Assembly: GCA_963785305.1 (NCBI GenBank) | Contig: CAWAUV010000007.1 | Span: 928,001-992,000 of the forward strand | Length of the DNA stretch: 64,000 bases | Reading direction: 5' to 3' | Source of the DNA: an uncultured Planctomycetaceae bacterium | GTDB taxonomy: Bacteria; Planctomycetota; Planctomycetia; Pirellulales; PALSA-1355 | Shown here: positions 30,591 through 40,304 of the stretch, piece after piece | Layout of the letters: every line of letters begins with the position of its first letter | Numbering within the stretch: the first letter of the stretch is position 1 | Notes under the pieces: model-generated | What the model saw: the letters and a program-made list of their open reading frames with translations, nothing else | Databases searched by the model: none | Told to the model about the DNA's origin: nothing | Position numbers and translations under genes: made by a program

Positions 30591-32252
30591 ATGGTTCAGC
30601 CCCCAACTCCCGCCGCCTTATCGCTCGCCGCGAAAGCGCCGGCCGATTCTCCGCTGGCCTCGTCGGCCGGTCGGCTCGCGTCGCGGTGGTTGCCTGGGCT
30701 CGAGATCGTGTTGATCGTGGCGGTGTTTTTCGTGTATGCCGGCTGGCCGCCGCCAGACACCAACGAGGCCCATTATCTGTCCAAGGCCAAACATTATTGG
30801 AATCCCGCCTGGTGCGGGCGAGACTTTTTTCTCAATACGGCCGATGCCCATCAGGTTTTTTATTGGACCTTTGGCTGGCTCACGCGATGGATGCCGCTGG
30901 CGAGCGCGGCCTGGGTCGGGCGGCTCGTCTCATGGACCGCGATCGCCATCGGGTGGCGCCGGCTGAGCACCGCGTTTGCCCCGGGACCGCTTTACTCCGT
31001 GCTCTCGGCTGCGCTGCTCGTGGCGCTCAATGAGCATTGTCAACTGGCGGGCGAATGGATCGTCGGCGGGCTCGAGGCCAAGGAGATGGCGTTTGCCCTG
31101 GTGTTCTTCGCGCTGGGCGATGTGGCCCGCGGCCGTTGGACTCGGGCTTGGCTCCTGCTCGGCGCGGCGGCGGCGTTTCATGTGTTGGTTGGCGGTTGGG
31201 CGGCGTTGGCCGCGGGCATCGCTTGGTTGGGCGCCGGCGCCGAGCGACCGCCCCTTGGCCGAACCGTGCTCGCTTGGCTCGGCGCGATGCTCCTGGCGCT
31301 GCCGGGCCTCGTGCCCGCGCTCGCGCTCACCTGGGGAGTCGACACCGCGACCGTGGCCGAGGCCAACCGCATCTATGTCTTCGAGCGGCTGAGCCATCAT
31401 CTTGTGTTCCGCGAGTTTCCGGCGGAGTGGCCCGCGCGGTTCGCGCTGCTTACCCTGGCATGGATGGTGTTGACCTGGCTCGCGCCGCGCGGAGTGGCCG
31501 AGCGGCGGCTGCGATGGCTGGTTGGAGCGTCGCTCGCGGTGGCGCTGGCTGGAGTCTTCATCAATTTTGGCTTCCAGTCGCATCCCCGCGTGGCCGGAGC
31601 GCTGCTGCGATACTATTGGTTTCGGCTGGCTGATGCGATGGTTCCGCTCGGCGCGGCGCTGCTCGCGGTCGCGGTGCTCGAGCGGCAATTGCGAGCTCAT
31701 TCGCGCTGGGGGGCCGCTTGGCTGCTCGTGCTCTTGCTCGGCGCCGGCTGGAATCTGTTCGACAGCATGAAATATCGCGCGACCTATGAAAGCCCCCGGG
31801 CCGATTGGAACATCGACGATCCCGAGGCTTGGTGGAGCATTTGCGATTGGGCGCGAGACCACACGCCGCCCGACGCCGTGTTCATGATTCCGCGCATGGC
31901 CGGCACCTTTGCCTGGCGCGCCGAACGGGCCGCCGTGGTCGATCGCAAGGACATTCCGCAAGATGCCCGGGGGCTGGTTGCTTGGCGCGAGCGGATTCGC
32001 GATCTCTATTGGCGCCCGGCCGATAAAGACGGGCCGGCCGATTGGCGCGGCTCGCTCGCGTCGCTAGGGCGCGAGAGGCTGATCGCCTTGGGCGAAAAAT
32101 ATGGCGCCGATTATGTGCTCACGTCGGCCTATCCGCCGGTGGGACTGATGCGCGTCAGCCCCGCGAATCAGTTTTACGCGGTCTACAAACTCCCGCCGCG
32201 CGACGCCAATCGACCGCCTGGCGCGGCGCCCGCGTCGACGCCGAAACCCTGA
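30591..32252 (+). CDS. Polytopic membrane protein (DUF6798-like, GT-C-like topology)
   Basis: About 12 hydrophobic segments; PDTNEAHYL, AFHVLVG, ERLSHHL and WARDHTPPDAVF motifs. Confidence 0.7.
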   Translation: MVQPPTPAALSLAAKAPADSPLASSAGRLASRWLPGLEIVLIVAVFFVYAGWPPPDTNEAHYLSKAKHYWNPAWCGRDFFLNTADAHQVFYWTFGWLTRWMPLASAAWVGRLVSWTAIAIGWRRLSTAFAPGPLYSVLSAALLVALNEHCQLAGEWIVGGLEAKEMAFALVFFALGDVARGRWTRAWLLLGAAAAFHVLVGGWAALAAGIAWLGAGAERPPLGRTVLAWLGAMLLALPGLVPALALTWGVDTATVAEANRIYVFERLSHHLVFREFPAEWPARFALLTLAWMVLTWLAPRGVAERRLRWLVGASLAVALAGVFINFGFQSHPRVAGALLRYYWFRLADAMVPLGAALLAVAVLERQLRAHSRWGAAWLLVLLLGAGWNLFDSMKYRATYESPRADWNIDDPEAWWSICDWARDHTPPDAVFMIPRMAGTFAWRAERAAVVDRKDIPQDARGLVAWRERIRDLYWRPADKDGPADWRGSLASLGRERLIALGEKYGADYVLTSAYPPVGLMRVSPANQFYAVYKLPPRDANRPPGAAPASTPKP

Positions 32253-32287
32253 TCGCCCGTTGGCGGGCGCCGGGGCCAGCGCGTATC

Positions 32288-34147
32288 ATGAGCTCCATGA
32301 CACAAATCCACTATGAATATGATGTCGTCGTCGTGGGCGCTGGCCACGCCGGAGTCGAGGCGGCGCTGGCCGCCGCGCGGCTCGCGCGCGGACCGCGTTG
32401 CTCACGACGAACTGCGACACCGTGGGCCAAATGAGCTGCAATCCGGCCATTGGCGGAGTGGCCAAGGGGCAGATCGTGCGCGAGATCGATGCCCTGGGCG
32501 GCGCCATGGCCCAAGCCATCGACGCCACCGGCATTCAGTTTCGCCTGCTCAATCGCCGCAAGGGCCCGGCGATGCACAGTCCGCGCGCCCAGGCCGATAA
32601 AAAAGCCTATCAAGCCGAAATCAAACGTATCGTCGAAGAGCAGCCGAATCTCACGCTGCGTCAAGAAGTCGTCGAAGACCTCGAAGTGGTTCGCGGCAGC
32701 ACGGCGGGCGACGGATTTAACGACGGCGCCAACGACGGCCGGTCGACGATCGTCGGTGTCCGAGTGCGCGGCGATGCGATCTATCGCGCACCGAAAGTCG
32801 TCATCACCACCGGCACCTTTCTCCAAGCGATCATGCACACCGGCGAGGCCAAGACCGCCGGCGGTCGAGCAGGGGAGGGGACCACCACCGGAATCAGCGC
32901 CGCGCTCGCCCGGCTCGGATTCACCCTGGCCCGTTTCAAAACCGGCACCCCGCCGCGGCTCAATGGTCGCACGATCGACTACAGCCGCGTCGAGCTTCAG
33001 CCCGGCGACGACGACCCGCGGCCGTTTTCGTTTCTCACCACCGCGATCGCCGGACCGCAATTGCCCTGTTGGATCACGCACACCAACGAAGCGGCCCATG
33101 CCCTCATTCGCGCCAATTTACATCGGGCGCCCATGTATTCGGGCCAGATTCGCTCGAGCGGTCCGCGGTACTGTCCGTCGATCGAAGATAAGGTCGTGCG
33201 GTTCGCCGACAAAGAGAGCCATCAACTTTTCCTCGAGCCCGAGGGACGCAACACGCGCGAAATTTATGTCAATGGTGTCTCGACCAGCTTGCCGCGCGAT
33301 GTGCAAGACGCGGTGCTGCGGCTGACGCCGGGTCTCGAGCGGGCCGAGGTGATGCGCTATGGCTATGCGGTGGAATACGACTATTCACCGCCCGATCAGC
33401 TCCGGCCCACGCTGGAAACGAAGCATGTGCGCGGACTCTACTTGGCTGGCCAGATCAACGGCACGACCGGCTACGAAGAAGCCGCGGCCCAGGGACTCGT
33501 GGCCGGGGCCAACGCGGCGCTCGACTTGGCTGGCCGAGAGCCGCTCGTGGTGAGCCGCGAGCAAGCCTATATCGGCGTGCTCGTCGATGATCTCGTCACG
33601 CGCGGGGTCGACGAACCCTATCGCATGTTCACGAGCCGGGCCGAATATCGCCTGCTGCTTCGCCACGACAACGCCGACCGACGGCTCACGCCGCTCGGCC
33701 GCCAACTAGGCCTGGTCGATGAAGCCCGCTGGCGGCGCTTCGCCGCCAAGCAAGCGGCGATCGACAAGCTCCGCGAACGGATCGAATCGCAAAGCGGTCC
33801 GGAAGGTCCCTGGGTCAAATGGCTGCGCCGCCCGGAGGTGGGCTGGGCCGATCTCGTGGCCCGGGCGCCCGAACTGGCCGAGTTCGCCGCCGAGGTGTCG
33901 GACCAAGTGGTGTGCGACATCAAATACGCGGGCTACATTGCCCGGCAGGAGATGGACATTGCCCGAGTCGAGCGCTGGGCGGAGAAGCGCATACCGAGCG
34001 ATTTCGATTTCGCCTCGCTGGGCCAATTGCGGGCCGAGGCGCGAGAAACTAAGCCGCATCCAACCGGCAAGCTTGGCCCAAGCCAGCCGGATCAGCGGCA
34101 TCACCCCAGCCGACGTGGCGCTGTTGATGCTGCACTTGGACCGTTAA
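32288..34147 (+). CDS. mnmG: tRNA uridine-5-carboxymethylaminomethyl modification enzyme MnmG/GidA (frameshifts ~32385 and ~34045)
   Basis: [67 protein letters not shown]. Confidence 0.96.
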
Positions 34148-34206
34148 AAGTGTGAGCGAGGCCGGTTTCGTCAATATATAGACCCGCCCTGTTTAGTCCG
34201 ACCCGT

Positions 34207-34524
34207 TCACCTTGCACCGCCGGTGAAGTGCTTGTACTGGGCGTGCGTGCCCACCCAATACCAGACATTGATTCCATCGACTGGAATGTAGACGGCCCTG
34301 TATTGCATGTTCACCGAGACCGAAAAGCTGCCCGGCTCGTGGCTGCCCTCTTTCGGATTATTGAGTTCGTGGTGGCGCAAGGAGGAATGCGCGGGATTGG
34401 CATTGAAAAGCTCGCAAGCAGTGCGAACCGCATCTTGAACGAACGTCGGCAGGATCGCGTTCCGCTCCCGGAACGATCGGGTGGTTCGGTTGCGTTCTCT
34501 AAATGAACTCGACAGTTTCGCCAT
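34207..34524 (-). CDS. RelE/ParE-like toxin
   Basis: NPAHSSLRHHEL...SVSVNMQYRAVY...VWYWVGTHAQY fits the ParE-like mRNA interferase pattern. Confidence 0.8.
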   Translation of the reverse strand: MAKLSSSFRERNRTTRSFRERNAILPTFVQDAVRTACELFNANPAHSSLRHHELNNPKEGSHEPGSFSVSVNMQYRAVYIPVDGINVWYWVGTHAQYKHFTGGAR

Positions 34525-34973
34525 TTCCGTGCTCGGTCCGTGCTGACTCGCTCAGGCGAATAACTGCTTCGGACATGGGCCAGTCGTCGTGTTCATTGAA
34601 TTCCACGATGGCAATCATTTCTTCGACGCAATCGCGGAACTCTTCGAGATTGTCGATGGCATGGCCTCGTTGCCGCTGGTTGACGATCCATTCGTTAGCC
34701 AACTCGACCGGTCGGAGCCATGCCTTGCAAAGGCGACGGATCGGCCGCATGGAGCCGGTCATCATGCTCGCCTCCATCCTGGTGCTCGGCGGCCTGAACG
34801 GCGCGTTCTCCCCGGATGATCCAGTGAAACGCGTCGATTCCCATTTGGAGATAGGCTTCGCAGTTGCGTCAATCCATCGCCACTTCGTGGCGGCGCATTA
34901 AATCGTCGAACTCTTCAATGTACGAAGCGACATGCTTCTCGGCGTTTTTCACGGCGAGGTGGTCAGTGCTCAT
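34499..34973 (-). pseudogene. Putative cognate antitoxin (~155 aa) with an in-frame TGA (34869-34871) and a frameshift (~34745)
   Basis: MSTDHLAV...EVAMD*RNCEAYLQMGIDAFHWI... continuing into IRRLCKAWL...RLSESARTEHGNGETVEFI; overlaps the toxin start. Confidence 0.6.
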
Positions 34974-35318
34974 TGCGGTGGTCCGTAACCGGAGATGCGG
35001 TAGGGCAAGACGAACACCGTGTCGCGAGGATGCGGCGGCTTCCGTACGGCGAGTGTCCGAGAGCATCCGCGCATCTTGGCTAATATCGGCCGGGTCGTCG
35101 TGGCCGCTTTACAAAATGCGACTGCAAGCGACAAGTTTCGCCTGGGCGATTTTATTCTAGTCGGGCCCCAAGTTATGGGCAAAAAAATGGCGCCACCAGT
35201 CCGAACAGTCGCGACTCGGCTGGCGAGCGCACGCGGGAAAATCGGCGCGAAACGAGCGTTGTATTGGTTTAAATGGAAATCTCGAAAACGGGTCCAATGA
35301 CGGGGCAAGCCGCCGGCC

Positions 35319-35759
35319 TCATTTCGTCTCGGCGTCGTGCTTCAGCAGGCTGGTGGTGATGGCTTGGAACACCGGGCCGAGCGAGCGGAGGTCGCGATCC
35401 TCGGCCTGGCAGATCACCAAGCAGGTGGCTCTCCGGGTGCGGAAGCCTTGCACGATCGCGGTGCTGGTGAGATCGAGGCAAAAGAAGTTGACTTCATAGC
35501 CATCGACCGCGCGGCCGGCCAAGGTTTCATGAAGCGGAGTCGCGTCGCAGTCGTCGTATTCGCTTTTGAAGGCTTGGGCCGCCGCGCCGGCGAGCACGGC
35601 CGGATCGGCGGTCACATCGTCGAGCACGATCGACCAAAACGCGCCCTCGGGACTATGGACCGACACCGCGGCGCTGCCCACCACGGCGTCGGCCTCGTCG
35701 AGTGTCCAGTTATCCGGATACATGAACCGGATTCCCATTTTGTCGTAAATGTGCGGCAT
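35319..35759 (-). CDS. Conserved hypothetical protein (possible PsbP/DcrB-like fold)
   Basis: GIRFMYPDNWTLDE N-terminus and FQAITTSL C-terminus; intact 146-aa ORF. Confidence 0.7.
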   Translation of the reverse strand: MPHIYDKMGIRFMYPDNWTLDEADAVVGSAAVSVHSPEGAFWSIVLDDVTADPAVLAGAAAQAFKSEYDDCDATPLHETLAGRAVDGYEVNFFCLDLTSTAIVQGFRTRRATCLVICQAEDRDLRSLGPVFQAITTSLLKHDAETK

Positions 35760-35771
35760 GGTGTTTCGCCT

Positions 35772-38051
35772 TTATTTGCTCGCGCTGCTCGAAGGTTCGG
35801 CCAGCGCGCGACCGATGCCATCGCCCTCGTAACGCGGCCCGGCCTCGAAGAATACGTTGTCTCGCACCAGCACCCCATGGGGCTCGCCATCGACACGAAT
35901 CACGCCAAATGGATTCTTCATCACGCAGTGCTCGATCACGCCTTGCTCGAGCCGCCCGTGGGCGCGAATATTGCCCGAGTTGTCGGCGGCGAGCGTTTCG
36001 CGGCGATGCACCGTGCAGCGCGTGAGCGGGCCGGCGAAAGCGGGGGAAATCCGCCCTCCGCCCGAGAGCTCGATATCGGTGCGTCCCTCGGTGGCCTGAT
36101 TGTCGAAAAACTGAACATGCCAGCTTGGCTCATACCAGTCGTCGGAATGAACTCCGTAGTTGATTAGCAGGCCCGCGCGAACGAGCGTGTTGCGGGCACA
36201 GATCACATCGATGCTCGTGCCATAGCCGGCGTTGACCCAGGCCGGGTCTTCGAACCGATTGTCGACAATGAGCACTCGCCCACTGAAGGGCACAATCGAC
36301 AGCACACTGGTCGCGTCGGGCGCTGACATCGAACGGACGGTCGATCTTCCAATCGCGGCCCGAGTTCGACACCGCGTCGCGCCATTGGCCGGCGCCGCGG
36401 CCGTGCAGAATGCAAAGCACAGCCCACTTGCGCCACCAGTCGCTCGACTCGGGGGCCCAGGTGGGATAGGTCGGGTCGGCGGCCAGGGTCACTCGCTCGC
36501 CATCGGTTTTGGCGATCGCGCCGAAATAGGCGCCGGCGCTGGCGTCGAAGGTGAAGGAGTAGTCGGCCTGATGGGCGTAGAGGCTTTCTTGCGTGTTATG
36601 GGCATAGAAGATATTCCGCCCGCGGCCGGCGATGTTTTGGTAGGCCGTGGGGTCGAGGCCCACGAACTTGTTGTGTTCGCAGATCACTTCGCGCGAAGCG
36701 CCGAGCTCGGTATTGACCTTCATGGTCAAGATGCGGTTGTGGTCGACGATGCCATGATGTCCCAGATGCACGCCGCCGCCTTTGGCGAAGATATCGCAGT
36801 TCGAGATTTGAAAATTCTTGCCGACGCGCACCGCCGTGCCATCGCCGCGGCCTTCGAGCAGCCACGAGTGGTCGATGCGAATTCGCGCCTGACGCATGCG
36901 GAACCGGTCGTCGGCCACGATGCCTTGACGGTAATTGCGAGGAAAATAAAAGCTCATTTCCTCAATGCCGTAGTCGGCCCCGTGGATCAGCGGTTCGGGC
37001 GCCGGAGGTTCATTGGCCACTTTGGCGCACGCCCTTGATCGCCGCCGCCATCGAGATTGAAGTGTCCCGAACCCCACCACAACGTCACGATCCCCATGCC
37101 CTCGCCACGCAGCAGGGTGTTTTTGGGCACGTCGATCGAGCCTTTCATTGCATAGCGCCCGGCAGGGAAGTACACCACGCCGCCGCCCTTTTCCTTGGCT
37201 TTCTTGAGGGCGGCTTGAATGCCGGCGGTGCGATCGATCGGCTGGCGGTATTTCATCAGCGACTCGCGCATCTCCTTCGCCGCGTTGGGCCCTTCGGTTT
37301 CGAGCACGCTGAACACGGCGCTGGGAGTTTCATGGCGAGCCACGATTCGTATCTCGCCCGCCGAGCGCCATGTGGCCGGGCCGCCCCAGCCATTGTGTAC
37401 CCACACGGTATACGATCCCAGCGGCGCATCGCCCGGCGCTTGGCAGCGAAGCGAATAGACGTCGCCCGCGCCGGCGCCCGAGGGGTCGTGAGCCGCTGGG
37501 TCTTGCTCGGCCGTGCTCACGGTGTCGCGATCGATCGCGGTCTGGAGCGAGATCGCGGCGCCTTCGGCGGGCACGAGCCAAACTTGCGGTTTGCCTTGGC
37601 CGCCGAGCGATTTGCCTTGCACTCGCAGCCAGCCGCCCGGCGTGGCGGCATCGCCTTCGTCGCCTTGCGCCCACCAGGGCTCGGGCGCATTGACCAGTTG
37701 CGGCGAGGTCGTGGCTCCGGCCACGGTGAGGCGATAGGCGAACACGCCGGGCTTGAATCCGCGAGGCACGACAAACTTGAGCGATTCATTCGTGCCTTGC
37801 AGCGCGGGCGTGGCTTGCCAAGCGCCAAAACGCGGCGCGATCTTGGGATTTTCTCGGGCCATGGTGGGCGGCCGAGCCGGATCTTCGTCTTCGAGCCGCG
37901 CCATTTCGATCTTCGTGTCCGGCCCCAGATCGGCCCCTTCCAGGAGCACGGTTTCATCGGGCCGAACCGGATCGGAGGCCCAAAAAACGGCCGGCGCTCC
38001 GGCCCATGCCGCGCTCGACGCGAAGAGCACCGAGAATGCCGAGAGAGCCAT
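35772..38051 (-). CDS. Secreted parallel beta-helix (pectate lyase/GH28-like) protein (frameshifts ~37030 and ~36325)
   Basis: Signal peptide; DRTAGIQAAL..AKEKGGGVVYFPAGRY pectate_lyase_3-type motif; beta-helix repeats across three frames. Confidence 0.75.
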
Positions 38052-38338
38052 GAGCGACGAAAGCGGAAAGAAAGTCACATTCGTCGCGCGGCCGATGAGC
38101 GGGCGAGATGATTGTTCGGAGAACGAGCTCACGAAGCCTCCAGGGTGGCGAGGGTGTGCGGGCGGGGGTGGAAAATGCGGCGAGCGGGCAACGGCGTGCC
38201 GACATTGGGCGGGTCTCCCCATGGTAAACACTGAAATTCGCGGGTCAATCTCTCGCGCGGACCGGGACAATGACCGAAATACGCCTTAACGCCAAGGCAT
38301 GGCTCAAGATAGAATTAGGCCACGGAGGAAAAAACCCA

Positions 38339-39403
38339 ATGATGACCGACGACAGTCTCGCGTTCTTCAAAAAACTGCTCGAAACTCCCAGTCCCTCGGG
38401 CTACGAACAACCGATTCAAAAAGTGGTCCGCGAATATGCCGCCACTTTCGCCGACGAGATCACGACTGATTTGCATGGCAACCTCGTGGCCGTCTGCAAT
38501 CCCGGGGCGCCGCTCCGCGTGATGCTGGCCGGCCACTGCGATCAGATCGGCTTTCTCGTGCAACATATCGACGCCGACGGCTTCCTCTGGACCCAGCCGA
38601 TCGGCGGCTGGGACCCGCAAGTGCTCATCGGCCAGCGGCTCACGGTCTGGACCCGCTCGGGCCCGATCTCGGGAGTCTGTTCCCGCAAGGCGATCCATTT
38701 GCTCACCGAGGAAGAGCGGAAGCAAGTGCCCAAGCTCAAGGACCTGTGGGTCGATATCGGCGCGAAGAATCGCGACGACGCCGCCGAGCGCGTGCAAGTG
38801 GGCGACCCGGTGACGCCCGAACTCGGCTATAAGCCAATGCTCAACGGCCTGGCCAGCTCGCCGGCGATGGACGACAAGTGCGGTGTGTTCGTGGCGTTCG
38901 AGGCGCTCCGGCGGGCGAGCCAGGGCAAGCTCAACTGCGCGCTCCATGCGGTGTCGACGGTGCAAGAAGAGATCGGCCTCCGCGGCGCCACGACGAGCAC
39001 CTTCAATATTCATCCGACGGTCGGCATCGCGATCGATGTGACCCACGCCACCGATTGCCCGACGATCGATAAAAAACAAGAAGGCGATATCGCGCTGGGC
39101 CGCGGCCCGGTGATTTATCGCGGCCCGAACATGAACCCAAAGGTGGTCGATTTATTGCTCGAGACGGCCAGGGAGAGCGAATCGCCCTATCAACTGGCGG
39201 CGACCGGCCGGGCCACCCCGACCGACGCCAACACGATGCAGGTCAGCCGGGGCGGCGTGGCGACGGCGCTGGTGAGCGTGCCGAATCGTTACATGCACAG
39301 CCCGGTGGAAATGATCGCGCTATCGGATATCGACCGCGCCGCCGACCTGCTGGCCGGCTTTGCCAAACGCCTAACGGGCGATGAGGATTTTCGGCCATCG
39401 TGA
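38339..39403 (+). CDS. M42 family metallopeptidase
   Basis: SPSGYE, GHCDQIG, MDDKCG, VQEEIGLRGA, IDVTHA, RYMHSPVE. Confidence 0.93.
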   Translation: MMTDDSLAFFKKLLETPSPSGYEQPIQKVVREYAATFADEITTDLHGNLVAVCNPGAPLRVMLAGHCDQIGFLVQHIDADGFLWTQPIGGWDPQVLIGQRLTVWTRSGPISGVCSRKAIHLLTEEERKQVPKLKDLWVDIGAKNRDDAAERVQVGDPVTPELGYKPMLNGLASSPAMDDKCGVFVAFEALRRASQGKLNCALHAVSTVQEEIGLRGATTSTFNIHPTVGIAIDVTHATDCPTIDKKQEGDIALGRGPVIYRGPNMNPKVVDLLLETARESESPYQLAATGRATPTDANTMQVSRGGVATALVSVPNRYMHSPVEMIALSDIDRAADLLAGFAKRLTGDEDFRPS

Positions 39404-39504
39404 GCGCTGCCGTGTGATGGCAAACGAGTCTCGGCCCGCAAGCGTGACACACCCTTAAAAGACGTGGTGGCAGCATCCATGCGCAGAATCGGCAATCGTG
39501 CCGG

Positions 39505-39531
39505 TCACCGCTTCGTCGGGCGGCGTTCCGC
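39505..39531. repeat. 27-bp direct repeat, identical to the hrpB 3' end (40305-40331)
   Basis: TCACCGCTTCGTCGGGCGGCGTTCCGC occurs at 39505 and 40305. Confidence 0.9.
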
Positions 39532-39603
39532 GGCGGCTTCGTGCGCCGTCATTCGGCCGCGCTAGCTTTCTACGGCTTGGCGCGGACATGCGCGAGCGCG
39601 CGG

Positions 39604-39972
39604 TCAGCGACCAATTGGCAAGGAGCGGATGCGAAAACGGTCCTCCGTGACCGATACCACGGCCCCGGCATTAATTTCCACGCCAGCCGCGCTCATGACA
39701 CGAATCAGGATCGCCGACAGTTGTTCACTCTGTAACCCTTCGATCCGCAGTCGAATTACGGAGGGCGATGTTGCGCTGGAGGCCGCAAGGAGACGATGGA
39801 AATCCGCGTCGAGGGTGACGATCACCGCCTCTCGCGTTCGGGCGAATTCCAATATCGCTTCGTCCGTCGCCGTGGCCATTCCCAAATCGCCTATGTGCGC
39901 GGCGGCGATCCCGGCGTCCGCGAGGTGCTTGACCGTCGAACGCGGCAGACCTTGATCCAGGAGCAGCATCAT
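39604..39972 (-). CDS. DUF5615 PIN-like toxin
   Basis: LLLDQGLP, ATDEAILEFA, IVTLDADF, PSVIRLR, RIRSLPI. Confidence 0.9.
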   Translation of the reverse strand: MMLLLDQGLPRSTVKHLADAGIAAAHIGDLGMATATDEAILEFARTREAVIVTLDADFHRLLAASSATSPSVIRLRIEGLQSEQLSAILIRVMSAAGVEINAGAVVSVTEDRFRIRSLPIGR

Positions 39973-40202
39973 GCCGTGGGCCGTAGTTCAATAACTCGGT
40001 CGTCTAGATTGGCCGCGGCGTAGGCTAACGCTTGGCGAATGTCTTCGTCGTCGAGCTCCGGATACTCGACCCGAAGGTCATTCCTGTTCGGGTATGCGGC
40101 CAGCGCTTCCAATACACGTCGCACGGTGAGTCGCATGCCGCGGATGCATGGTTGGCCGTTGAGCTGCGCCGGATCGAAGGTGATGCGGTCCAAAGTCGTC
40201 AT
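39969..40202 (-). CDS. DUF433 antitoxin
   Basis: RITFDPAQLNGQPCIRGMRLTV...YPELDDEDIRQALAYAA. Confidence 0.92.
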   Translation of the reverse strand: MTTLDRITFDPAQLNGQPCIRGMRLTVRRVLEALAAYPNRNDLRVEYPELDDEDIRQALAYAAANLDDRVIELRPTA

Positions 40203-40304
40203 CGCTTTTTGAGCTCCCCTGTTCGGTGTATCGCGCACCATCATTGTATCGGCGCTCGCCAAATAATGCAGCCGTTCGGCAAGACGGCCGCGAACCAATT
40301 CCCC

